DNA of 55,611 nucleotides from Catajapyx aquilonaris (Eukaryota). This document shows, in pieces, positions 13,710-31,089 of this stretch (the stretch's first letter is position 1; every line of letters begins with the position of its first letter). Under the pieces are notes generated by a model. It made no database searches. It saw only the letters and a program-made list of their open reading frames with translations, and was not told the DNA's origin. Made by a program: the position numbers and the translations under genes. Location: positions 186,001 through 241,611 of the forward strand of contig KZ537970.1 in NCBI GenBank assembly GCA_000934665.2. Direction: 5' to 3'.

Positions 13710-16120
13710 TATTAGTCTACCTCTACATTTAACCACCATTCCCCATACACTGGTTTTAACTTGCAGTTTTCTTAAAAGTTTGGTGGTTTTCATTGTTAGC
13801 CTTTATGGTTCTTGCTCTCTATTCCAGCTTTATTAGCTGCAAAGATGCTAGCCTACACACTGAGGTTTGGAAAAGTGTCACAACAAAGTCACTCATTGTC
13901 ATGCACTGCTCCACCGAGTTAAGTTATGCCTTTGACTCATTATTATACACAAATTTTTGAGTCTCAACATCTTTCAATTTGCTTACTTAAATAGCATTAT
14001 TAGTATTCACACTTGGAGTACAACAGCGCCTAGTTACTTGTGACCACATCTCAGTCAACAAAAAGAAATTCTTCTAGTCAGGAAAAAATCTTTGCATGGC
14101 ACAAGTCTGCCTCAGGGTAAAAAGGGAGCCGTCGTTATATTCACAATTGATTCTTAAATGGGGCAAATATTCCTGGTAAACTTACAATGCTACTTACTCT
14201 TCTTAACTGTTGTCAATTATATTCTCTCTCAAACCTACATTATCTGGTATAGTCATAGCGGCCAAAATACCACCTCAACTGGCATGCACGTTACTTAGAC
14301 ATGTTATGTAAAGCCAATTAAGTATCATTGCATGCCAATGGCATGTAGAAATAACTAATTCTAAAAAAGATGTGCTGTCAGTCACATGATACTGTAGAAA
14401 CTATAAGACAGATCCAAGATCTTTGAGCTTACACTGCATATAAAAGTGCTTATCACACATGCTATAATACTTTCTCTATGGAAGCTAGGTAATAATACTC
14501 CCCATTTTTCATTATTAATTGCATGCAAATGCCAGTAATAAGTTACCAATGAGTAGAGTAATACTATTTCTTAAAGAATCTCATGCAGGCCTGCAACATG
14601 GGTCAATACGGTACTCAGTTGCTGCAAGTTAGACTAGATCAATAGAGAAACTTTGCACTGTCACTGACTGCAATCAAGTCCGCACTTCTTCAGCAGAAAG
14701 TTCACAAGCTAGGACACAAGTAGGTTGGCAGAATAAACTGCTACAAAAGGTACAACTTGAATAATACATGTTGTGATATCTACACTGTACATAAGGCGTC
14801 AGAAAAAATTATTGTCTGCCTGCTAGAGTAACTATGAAATGGCTTCCACTATTTAATTGCAAGAGACCTGTGGCGATTGACCTTCTTTGACTGAACATGG
14901 ACCAGACTGCCACCAGAGTGCACCCTAAAGATAACAATTAGTTTTCAAATGCATTCAAATCACTGACCTCCAACTATGCATATTGATAGTGAACATGCTT
15001 CATGAGTTTAAATGCCTTTGTGTATTATATTTCACTCATAACTAAAGAGCACAATTAAGCATCGCAAAGTCCAGTGGCAATTTGATACCAAAAACGTTTG
15101 TTAAACCAAGGTTTTTATACACAAGGTGCGATATGTGCATTGATCTCATTTGAATTTAAGTGAGTAGTTCGCTCCTAAAATGATTTGACATATCAAGACC
15201 CACAGCATCTGAAGATACTGGCAAGTAACACAACACTACTGACCTTCATCCATGCCTCCATGAAATGGTATATAACATAATCCATAATAACCCTAATCCT
15301 TCCAATTGACTGTTCCAATTTAACTAACAAACCAAACTTGAAGGGTTGCACTACTTGTACGTCATGAAATTCATTTTGAAGGTCAGTGATTGCAGTCTTT
15401 CACTCCTAAAATTGAAACCCATTTTTTTGTTATTATTTTTACAAAAACATTGTTGGCTGGAAGAAGAGTTGTGAGATTGAACACTTCAGAAAGGAAGTTG
15501 CCCTCCAGAGATTTGAGCCAGTAGTTTTGTGAAATTCACGTGCTTACATTATTATCAACACCAGATGCAGTAGACAAGTTGCATGTGCATTTCAAAAACA
15601 CATTAGAAGGTGAAAGCAGCTCTACTGGCTCCGCCGTATCATCAAATATCGCAGTTTTGTAAAAAGGAGATTTCTGCCGATCAAGGGAGGTCATTTGATA
15701 CCCTAAGACATGATTTTGCACCAACTATTACATGTACAGGTACACTAAGACATTCACCTCCAGTGTTTCTTTTGTCACACAAGCTGACACACTTTTAGCA
15801 TCTAATGTGCAAGATACCAAGCCAATTTCCAGGTACAAAATTCCGCAGTCAAAGCTAAGGAGGAAACTTTTTTCCTTCCCTGAACAAAACATATCACAGC
15901 AAAAGAACGAGCCCCAATCTCTCAAACTCTGGAAAAGGCTTAGCTACTTGCAGTACCCTAGAAAGATTGCTTGCATATGAGAGTTCACCTCATCAGTGAA
16001 GCAAAACTGCAACCCCGAAGCCTTTTGGTATTTTGCGCAGAAATTGTGAGTGAACAAAGAAACTGACCGCTAGAAAAATACTTCTTCCTAAATATTGTAC
16101 CGCTCATCCAGAAGGGAAAG

Positions 16121-19100
16121 TCAGTTGTGAGCTGCCCTTTTGCCATTCATGTATCCAATCCATCTCTCTGCAGTGCTAGACAATATTGGATCCTTGTCGA
16201 TGGTCGTGAGCAGCAAGAGTTGGTTGATGTGGGTTGAGTGGTAGTCCCACCTAAAAGTTGCATGAGATAATTGTGAATTATTATCAAAATAAAATTAAAG
16301 TGCTCATTTTACAAGGATTACAAGCAATACAAGCATTTTACTTGCAGAGAAAACCAATTGAAACCTTGCACAAAAGCAGTAAAAATAACGACTCATGCCT
16401 TACCTGGCAACATTTGGTGCTACGCCAAGTGTGAAATGCCTGAGATCATACACAGATCCAGACCCAGTGTCATATAGAGGGAGCATCTTCTTTAGGGAAG
16501 TCATGCCAGAATCAAACAGTCGCCTGGCCTCCTGTGTACCTGCTACACTGGCCAAATCATACAGTCCCAGGATTGCGTAAATAAATCCATTGAGCACATA
16601 GGAGCTCGGAGTGGTTGGGTACTCTTCATACCATACAACTCCTCCACCAAACTCTGCCTTGACTCCTCCTTCAGCTGAATTTACTTTGAAGGGCCCCAGT
16701 GCTCTTACAGCTGCTTCTAAGTATTGCCCTTTGCCAGTTAGGTGAAAGGCCCTGGCCAGCACTGAAATGGCATGGCCTTGCCCCATTGCAGAATACCAGC
16801 CAGGCTTCAGCTCAACCATTCCTGCAGCAAACCGCCTCTGCACTGGATTGGCCCAACCACCTGTGTGGAGGTCCTGGTGGCGCACAAACCAGTCAGCAGC
16901 TGAGAAGAACTGTTGGGTGTGCTCACTGGTAGATAAAGTGACGTTGTCCACATAACCAGAGCCATGGAGGGTTAATGACACCACTTTTAGCTTGGAGCGG
17001 GACAATTTGCGTTTGCCTCCATTGTTGGCACCGCTTTGCGATAGGAGGCCCTTTTGGAGGTCAACAACCAGGTCACGGGTCAGATGATGCCACAATCCTT
17101 TTGGTTGGCCAATCCCATGATAAAAGTTGTGCCTCTGAAAAGTGAGAATATTATTGAAGAGTCACGAATTAACTGCTGCAAATGTTCAAAACTCTCATTA
17201 TGAAAAATGACAGCATGATTAATTTGTTAGCCTGTCAGCCACCTTATTGCATTAACAAATGTCAGAAAGTAATGTGCCCATAAATTATTATCAGTCAAGT
17301 TATAATGCTTCAAATATGAAGCATCTGGCACATTGCTTGATGATCCAGGCATTCTGATATTACTATCATGGTGCAAGTCTTGCTAGACTACGGAATGCAA
17401 AAAGAATGAGTGATAAAGGGTCATTAAAATTAAGGAGGTGATAATAACTTCGTACAAGGAACAAAATTGCGCAGCTGCTGACATTGTTCTTATATGAATG
17501 CACAGCACTAGCCAGGAATTGTGCACTCTAGGGATAGTTGGCTGCTGCAAGATGGTCGGGTTGGAGTCAACAAGGGCAGAAATCATGCAGGACTGGCACA
17601 AGTCTGATCACAGCCGTACTGGACAAGCGAGACTGGCAGACCCAGAACCAGGATGAGTTGAAGATTTGATAGCGAGAATAATTGCAGTAATCCAAGAGTC
17701 GACCCTCAGTAGAGAAAGGGGAGTGGACAACCATGCATAAGGACAGTAGCTGATGGTAGGGCTGTATGACATTCTGACACATCTAACATGCAAGTGACAT
17801 TTAAAGTATGAACTCATACATTGCATTTTCAATGTGGGTTTATGTTGTCAGTTTGCAATATTCAGTGTTTGACTTTGGTTTAGCTTTCAATATGTGATGT
17901 CCTAGGTGAGTCCATATGAGATCTTTACAGTGTTAAGTTACTGCAGTACAGTCAGTTATTCAAGTCAGTTAGTCATAAAAGGAACTCCTGCAATGCCACA
18001 TGCCTATCATGGAATAAGCAATCATTGTGACAGGTACCTCAAATGATAAAGTTTTACATCTTTTCTAAGATCACACAATCATTAGCCACAACACTTACAT
18101 CTGCAAAAATGAGCGTATCACTGGAAACATAGTGCAAATGGAAGACTTCTTGCTTTTCCCTGTTTTGAAGGGTAATAGTGAAGCTACAGTTGCCCTTCGC
18201 CTTCAAGTCAAGGCTCAACACAAAATCTAATACATGGTCCATTTTTACCGTAGCTCCTGGTTCCATCACAGATTCTGTGGGTGTAACACAATAATTAGAC
18301 ATGGTTTCAAAATCACCAAGAGACAATATAATTGCAAGACACTGGCCTGGAGCAGAGAACTCAAGCACTCGCTGCTTAGTGTCTGAATCAACAATAGAAG
18401 CAATTGTAGTTTGACCAGTAGTTGTCCACTTTTCAAGTCTTTCCTGCTCGCCATCTTCAAACCATTTCTTCCTTGGTTCAGGCTCGGTTAGGTTCTTGCT
18501 GTAGTGTGACAAACCAAACTGGGCAATCTGTGTTGGGTAGTAGTAGCCTTTACTTTCCCACTGGGTTGATACTGGTACACCTGAAGAATAATTCCAGACT
18601 TAGTCCTAATACCAATTTGAGCGAATGTGACTGGATTATGTTATTTCCATTAGTTAATATTTCATGGAAGTATAAGTCAATGATCCCTACTAAAAACTAA
18701 GTTTAAAAAAATATTTATTGCAAAAATGTTGTACAATATGATAGCATGCATGAAAATAACTTAAAACTTATTAAATGACTTGCCTTCAGTACCACTGATG
18801 CATTTCACCCTGTCACGAACTTCCACATTGTAGTTCTCAAAGTACATAAAAACACCTCGTGGGTCATACTTCCCTTTGGGATAGTAAACCTTTGAATAGC
18901 TGTGGGACCATTCAAATCGTTCATATCCATCATAAGAAGCCAATTTTCCATAAACCTGGACAGGGGCATGGCATTATCAAAAGTGTCAACAAAGAAAAAA
19001 TGATGCAAGTAACACTCTGGCAAAGTTAACACATAAGTGCCATCTTGTATAATTATGTAACATCACATATAAAAACTGAAGAGTGGTGGACAAAGGTGAA

Positions 19101-19509
19101 ATATTAACCTCAAAATATTTATGAAGAAAAGAAAAAGGCACGTAGATCTCTCCTCCTTCCTTCCGGCAGCTAACACTGTATTCGCCATTGATATTGCAGT
19201 CGATTTCTTCATACTCCTGAACTCCAGAGAGGCGCACCTGACGCACCGAATGGTCCACTTCCCCCAAGTAGGAGTCATCTTGGTCTGGAGCATCCTGGTT
19301 ATTAGACAAAATTCATATTTAGTTATGCAGTGCGCCTTTTTTGTTATTTAAGGTTGCACCTGAAGGCTCTGGAATTGGTCTCGGTTGCGAGCTGGAAGAT
19401 GAGAATGGTGGAAGGAGTGGGAGTCACCACACCTCGACTGCAGGAGGAGAACTGAAGCAAACACAACACAGCAGATCACCAGGAGGAGAATCTTCAGATT
19501 CACCCGCAT
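16121..19509 (-). CDS. GLCE: D-glucuronyl C5-epimerase (heparan sulfate epimerase)
   Basis: Type II signal-anchor [14 protein letters not shown]; motifs [92 protein letters not shown] at 16121-16123. Confidence 0.95.
17390..17760 (-). mobile_element. Possible degenerate LINE (CR1/L2-like) 3' fragment in a GLCE intron
   Basis: GC-richer patch whose broken minus-strand frames end in ..[12 protein letters not shown], reminiscent of the 'SFFPRT..WN' C-terminus of CR1/L2 ORF2. Weak evidence. Confidence 0.3.
18275..18346 (-). other. GC-AG intron, 72 nt, in-frame and stop-free (GLCE)
   Basis: Donor CAG|GCCAGT, acceptor cccacag|AA. Removal restores FSAPE-SVMEPG, comparable with vertebrate GLCE FIAPETSEG. 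Confidence 0.65.
18581..18783 (-). other. GC-AG intron, 203 nt (GLCE)
   Basis: Donor AAG|GCAAGT, acceptor ttcttcag|GT. Needed to join the conserved [14 protein letters not shown]. Confidence 0.85.
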
Positions 19510-21279
19510 CCTGAAAACCACAAGATAATTGGTATTGTTGTCCAGGTGTAAGCTTAAAATAACCGTAGTATTTACATGCTGGCTCATTCAACTTGTGGTT
19601 TTTCGCTCAAGTTATGCAGATATTTTGTCAAAATATGCACAGAAATGCTGATAAGTGGGTGGCAAACACAAGCATCAGCAATCTCAGGCTGTGCCTCAAG
19701 TAATGTAGTTTATTAATAGTTTTTTTTTTATTTCTTGTAATAAAACTCTTTGCTAAAAATGCTGAGTTCCTGAACAAATGGTCACATCACACTGCAGCAT
19801 ATTTCAGATATCAGAGATTTCCCTTTCATTTTAGGCTCTAGGCTGGATTTATTCCACCTGTGTGTGACCATCCCTGAGAAACATGTGACAATCATATTAC
19901 ACTTGGCCATCAAGTAACATAATTCACTTACTCAAGTTCTTTATAAATTAAATGCGCCAATATGAAATGTTACACTTATGATACTCCATTATTGAGCAAT
20001 GATTATAAGCATTACATGCATAATCATTATACACAGGCTTACGTACATGATCACTTGATCAGTTCAAGAAGATGTTTTGACAAGTGTGTCCCACATGAGG
20101 CTGATTACCACAAACTTTCCATTATGCCCTCATGTATCGTCCCCCTAATATGTACAAGTAGATAATCACTCCAGGAAGTAAGGGTGATTGGATAAGTGCT
20201 CCAACCCTCCCATGTATAGATTACACAAAAGGAAATGATGTCCCTGCTGGCACTGTCAAATAACAGGAATTGGCCACAAGATAATGCCGCAAATCAGGCA
20301 CATGCAGGATGAGTGCTAGCAGCACTGACATGAGAATATTGATGCAGACTGAGAAATTACCTATCTAACAAATGAGCAAAGAATTTTAAAACTGTTGGAG
20401 CTGTTCTTTTCATCAGTCAACCATTCCAACATTGTGCTACTAAAAATTCAGTACAACCGAGAGAGCATGGAATATTATTTTCCTTTCAGAGTTCCCTACA
20501 ATTAGATTTCTACATAATAATGATGGTGATCATTTAGGTTATGTAGACCTCATGCAAGGTATCACATAGGCCTTTTTTGTTCATGGACCCTTTCATTACG
20601 GCAATGCCACTCTACCTCCCCAGATTTTTAAGTTTCATGACCTCCCCCCCAGGTTTCTGATTATTATTTTTCAATCTGAATTTTTTTAAACCTAGTGCAG
20701 ACTCAGATTTACTATGCAAAGTGCAACATAAATACCTGGCATCAGTAGAATAACCCGGACTATGTATGATTCACATCCTACACATCCTTTAGGATCATGT
20801 CTGCCGCATAATCATCCCACGCTGATGTCCTCAAGTGCTGTTAGGAGAAAGATTTACTGTACTTCTGAGTCACCCAATAAGGCAAGGATTACTTTGATGA
20901 CTTACTCTCATTGGCAGTCATTGCTGACAATATATGAAATTCGGACAAACCTGAAATTAAAAAAGAAAACTAGTTTAGGCAATGTTCCACGAATTTCTTA
21001 TGGAAGTTGCACTAAAGGCAGGGAGCACCAAACTCGGTGAAAAATATCCAGCCAGATGTTCAATGTTATTTCAGTTTTCATCAACAATATTTATTCTGCA
21101 GAGTTTGGTGCTTCCTGACCAAAGTCTACAGTTCAAGATGACAGTAGGGGAAGAAGTTACACTCTTTTATCCCAGTCACTAGTTTAAAGAGTTGCCAAAA
21201 TCCAACAAGCAAATGCAGCCCTTCAGTTGGGCACTTCAATATTAAAAACTGAAATTTTAAACCCATGAGATCAAAAGAT

Positions 21280-21455
21280 TGATCCCGGTTCAGAATGCGT
21301 GTTTCTCAAGTCGCCAGACTTCCAATGAATCCTCACGCTCACCACACTTGACAGATAATCTCAGGGCCTCCTCTGTTTCCTTCTACTCCGAAGATGGTGA
21401 TTCATAAAATCAGTCAAGTCAAAAGATGACCCCCCCAAATTATTATTATTATTAT
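21280..21455 (+). mobile_element. Degenerate, 5'-truncated SINE remnant
   Basis: CTCAGGGCCTCCTCTGTTTCCTTCTAC resembles the conserved SINE central motif (CTCCGGTTTCCTCCCAC-like), and the element ends in an (ATT)n tail at 21439-21455. Confidence 0.4.
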
Positions 21456-21459
21456 ATCC

Positions 21460-22480
21460 TTTCCGTGGCCTGACCAGTCACCAGAGGATTCATTATACTG
21501 GTCTTACGAGATGGCCAGGTGGATTGTACCTGGTCATCGCTGGTAACCCCATCTTCATGGGAATATGCCACGATGATGAATTGATTAATATTAGTGAATT
21601 ATTGTACACTGTGTCGTAGCCACGTAAACTTTGGCACATTTCCCTTGAACTCAGCAATTGAGAGTTTAAGTGGCCCAAATGAGCCAGAGGACCTTTGGCG
21701 CCCCTCCCTACAATAATGGGCATGGCATTCCTGTCAGCCTACTGGAATGTCCCAAATGTGGGGCAAAGGCACCGACCTTTTTCCGTCTCTGCCTTGACAG
21801 AAGGGGAGGGTGATCCGGATGATCCTTTTTTTAGGCCCCGTATCCCCTGGGCTGCTCCAGGCCCCTCTCGACCCACCTCCAGCCAGCAGACCTCTTCTCC
21901 ATCTGATACACAGTCACACACGCACACACGACCTATTCACCCATTATCCTTATCATGTCGCGAGTCCCAGCCTGGCCCTTCCTCTGCCCCCACTCGATGG
22001 ATGATGATGTACCCACTGACAGCGACTGACTGACTGCACACGCGCCGATGTGTTTCCACAACACCATTCGAGGGCGATTGGAAGGTAGGAAATAAAAAGA
22101 GAAGGAGTGGAGGAGGAGGCCCGTGGTGGTGGTGGAGCAGGAAGGCGGTGACATCTGTCGGGAGAGGGTGGATGCGACGCAAGTGACTGTGCCAAGGTCA
22201 CCTGCTCCCAGGGCGGACACTCGCACAAATTGACTAATGCAATGACGGGCACTTCAAACTGCTTTATTTGCGACTGCATGTCATCCGGATGCACCCAAAG
22301 TGATCCCTTTTTTATGTCTGCCGATATAAGCATAGGAAGGATTTGCGGGTGCGACACAAGATTGTTCACTCCAGCAACAAGTTTGAAGAGAAGAAACAGC
22401 GCAACGCAGCGCAATTAGTTCTTGGCACGCTTAGGATATTAGTTTAAATTTTATTACTTAATAAACACACACACAAAACC
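21460..22480. other. GC/CpG-rich foreign-looking insert with overlapping short ORFs (mobile element or viral fragment?)
   Basis: Abrupt rise in GC and CpG against CpG-poor flanks. ORFs of up to 153 aa on both strands, with no confident family assignment. Confidence 0.4.
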
Positions 22481-25400
22481 AGGACAGTAATGCTTTGACA
22501 TTTACGAATTTAAATGTGTGAGAAATAATTATTTTTAAAAATTATGGATTCTTGTGACATTTGCAAAAAATGTGTAATACTGTAACTGAAATGTATGTAA
22601 ATGTCTTATCACTTGCTGCACTGGGACTGCAAGTTTTTTTTTGTTATTCGCGACGAGGGGACAGTCGAGTGATTGATGGCAAATCGAGAGCAATCCATAT
22701 TATCCACATAGTATTACCCCCATTGTTCTGGATACAATACTTGAATCAGTCTCAAGTATTAATAGTGGGGTTTTTGGGGACATGAATAAGTAATTGCACA
22801 ATGTTCTCAGCATCAACATGCCATTTTTACTTCTCATAGTCAGTATATAATGGGTTTCTTTCCTTGACTAGCACACTTTCAATAAAGGACACCTTTTGAT
22901 ATGTTGCAATACACAATTAATTGGATATGTTGGGCACACTGAGTCAGATAAATGGCACATGACAACAAAGGCATAACAGCATACCAGGCACCTTTGAGAT
23001 ACCTTGGACAATAATTATTACTCCAGTCGTTTGCAGTACCAACCAATGGTGACTCAGTCTGTGCAACATAAACTTACTACTGGAATCTCAAGTCTTCTTG
23101 AGCACAGATATACCATGTACTATATAAAAAATTGCCCTAGAATCAGGTACAATAATGTGCAAAGAAATAAATGAATTGAAATAACTATATATATACGTAC
23201 GGTAATGTATATTAGACATCACAAACACATTCATCATTACTACACATGGGAAGACTGGCTTACTGCTGAGGAGCAAAGGCTGCAGTTCAGCTACTAGTCG
23301 TTTAACTTCTAGAACCGAACCATTTTAATTACTGCATTTTAATACCTTTCGTACAACTTTTACAGGCTTGAAGCATCCACCAATCACCAAATGTGGTATT
23401 TTTTGGTTACACTGACTGCTGTTCTAACTCTCAAGTTATGTGACTGCACTAAACCCAAATCAACATTTTCCAACTAATTAAGAACAAGTTAGCATCCATG
23501 TTCACAGGTCTGCTTGAAGCTAATGATAATGGGGAAGGGGAATACGCACTCTCACATTCACACACGCAAACTGTACAGAAGGAAGAATCCTTCGAGGTGT
23601 GGCAGGAGCCTCCAGGTAGGCTTCCTAAACCACATTAGTGGCCCGACTCGACTCAGTGGCAAACTCACATGTTTGTCCACTTCTATGCTAAATAAAAGGG
23701 CACCACCAAAATCAAACCATCTGCCAAAAGCTTAGGGTCATTTTTTTAAACTTGATATTATCCTAATGAGCTATATGTACTGTGATTAAATCGCTTTTCT
23801 GATGTCTGCAAGTTATAACACCAATCTAACAGTTCTTCTCTGAATCAACCTAGTGGCAGCTGGCTCAATTCTGGCAAATGACACCCACTTCAAATGACAC
23901 AAATAATGTCCCTGAAAACTGAGGAGTGTTCTAAGTAGGACAAAATTATTTTTTTATGGCCAGTACATGACTGGAGTGTAGTGACCAGTGATGAAGCAGT
24001 GACCTTACACTTTTGACGCTACTTTTTCAGACTTTCCTCAGTTCCGAGAAAGACAGAGCTAGCTAGAAGACATACACAACCTATATAAGATATTTAAGTT
24101 ATGCTTACCAAATGGCATGAGTAATGCAACATATCACGTGATTCCTTTACAACTGCAGTATAAAATATAATTACTATTCCGACTTTCCATCAGTAGTAGC
24201 ACACAAAACACCCACAAAATTAATAGCATACATCCAAATTAATAATGCCCTCAATATGTGAAATACACTATGGTTACATGGTAAGATGCAATGTCACCAC
24301 TTGATTGTCCAGTAGTATAATTTGGTACTTGAATTCCTTGGAGTTATAATAATTAAAGCTACACATTCAGCACATTTTATCTCTTTCCCAGGTACGTATC
24401 TCTCTCGACTGCTAATTTCACTTTCATGACAGCAACAGTTGGAGCAATGTGTCATGATCACTTTGCCAATTCCAAAGCCTTCTGGTCATTGCTTCACTCA
24501 ATATACAATAATAAATTAAACGTGAATATACTACTCAAGGTACAATACATAATGCACCAATTTTTTGTCATTTTAGGAACTGAACAGAAAGGAATATGAA
24601 AATTAAAGCGATATAATCATCCAACAATGAATAGCACATCTAATAAAAGTATTTTGCAACTGTGCCTAACACCATTAAAATCTGCACATATATACAGTAC
24701 AAATTAAGGACTTTATAAATACAATATCATAAAAATAAAATCACAGTATAGAATAACTAAAACATTGATGTTCCTTGAGTGTACCACAAAGCTCCCTTGT
24801 GTGGATAAAATTAACTTGCACTGATTGTAAGGAAAAATATGCCAGCCTACGTCTAATTCAGGGTTGAGCAGGGCTTTTTTTTTAAATTAGAATTTTCACA
24901 TTTGACATTTAAAATCCCCCAAATATTTGGAGTGCTTAAGATGTGGGAAAGTCAAACTGCCTTGCAATTTGATTTACATTGAAGTGAGGGGCTGTCCATA
25001 AATGACATCTTGTCAAAAGAAGAGGTTAAAGTGAACGAGATTCTGCAACTCATTTTTTTTTCCACTGTGGAGCACTTAAATAATATCGAACACCAATAAG
25101 CTTCAGTATGAATACGTTAGCTAGATGAGTCATACATGTTAGAGTGACATGAAAGGAGGGAAGAAAAACAAGGTAATTTTGAAGCCATTAAATTTGTCTT
25201 TTAGATAGAAGAAACAGAGCCAAAATCATTGATGCAATTTATGGGCAGCCTCCAAAAATAAGGCACATGAAATGAAACTTGCACCCAGAATGATGAATTT
25301 TTGAATAACCTCTTCTTATCTACATTTTCAAATTATCATCCGCGCCATCCAGAAAATTTACGAAAATTTTGACAACCATAATGGTATAAAAATATGTGGA

Positions 25401-25493
25401 AAAAAACACTAAAATTCCTTCATAAAATGAGTTGAAGTCTCACAACATGCAAATAGCCAGTGTTCACATCAAGTGTGGATAAATATGCAATTC

Positions 25494-31089
<5,596 letters not shown>

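Noticed and set aside
16088..16123. GLCE stop TGA-C as a read-through or selenocysteine candidate
   Set aside because: Context is TGA CTT rather than TGA CTA, the next stop follows after 10 codons, the protein already ends at the conserved C-terminus, and no SECIS was recognised.
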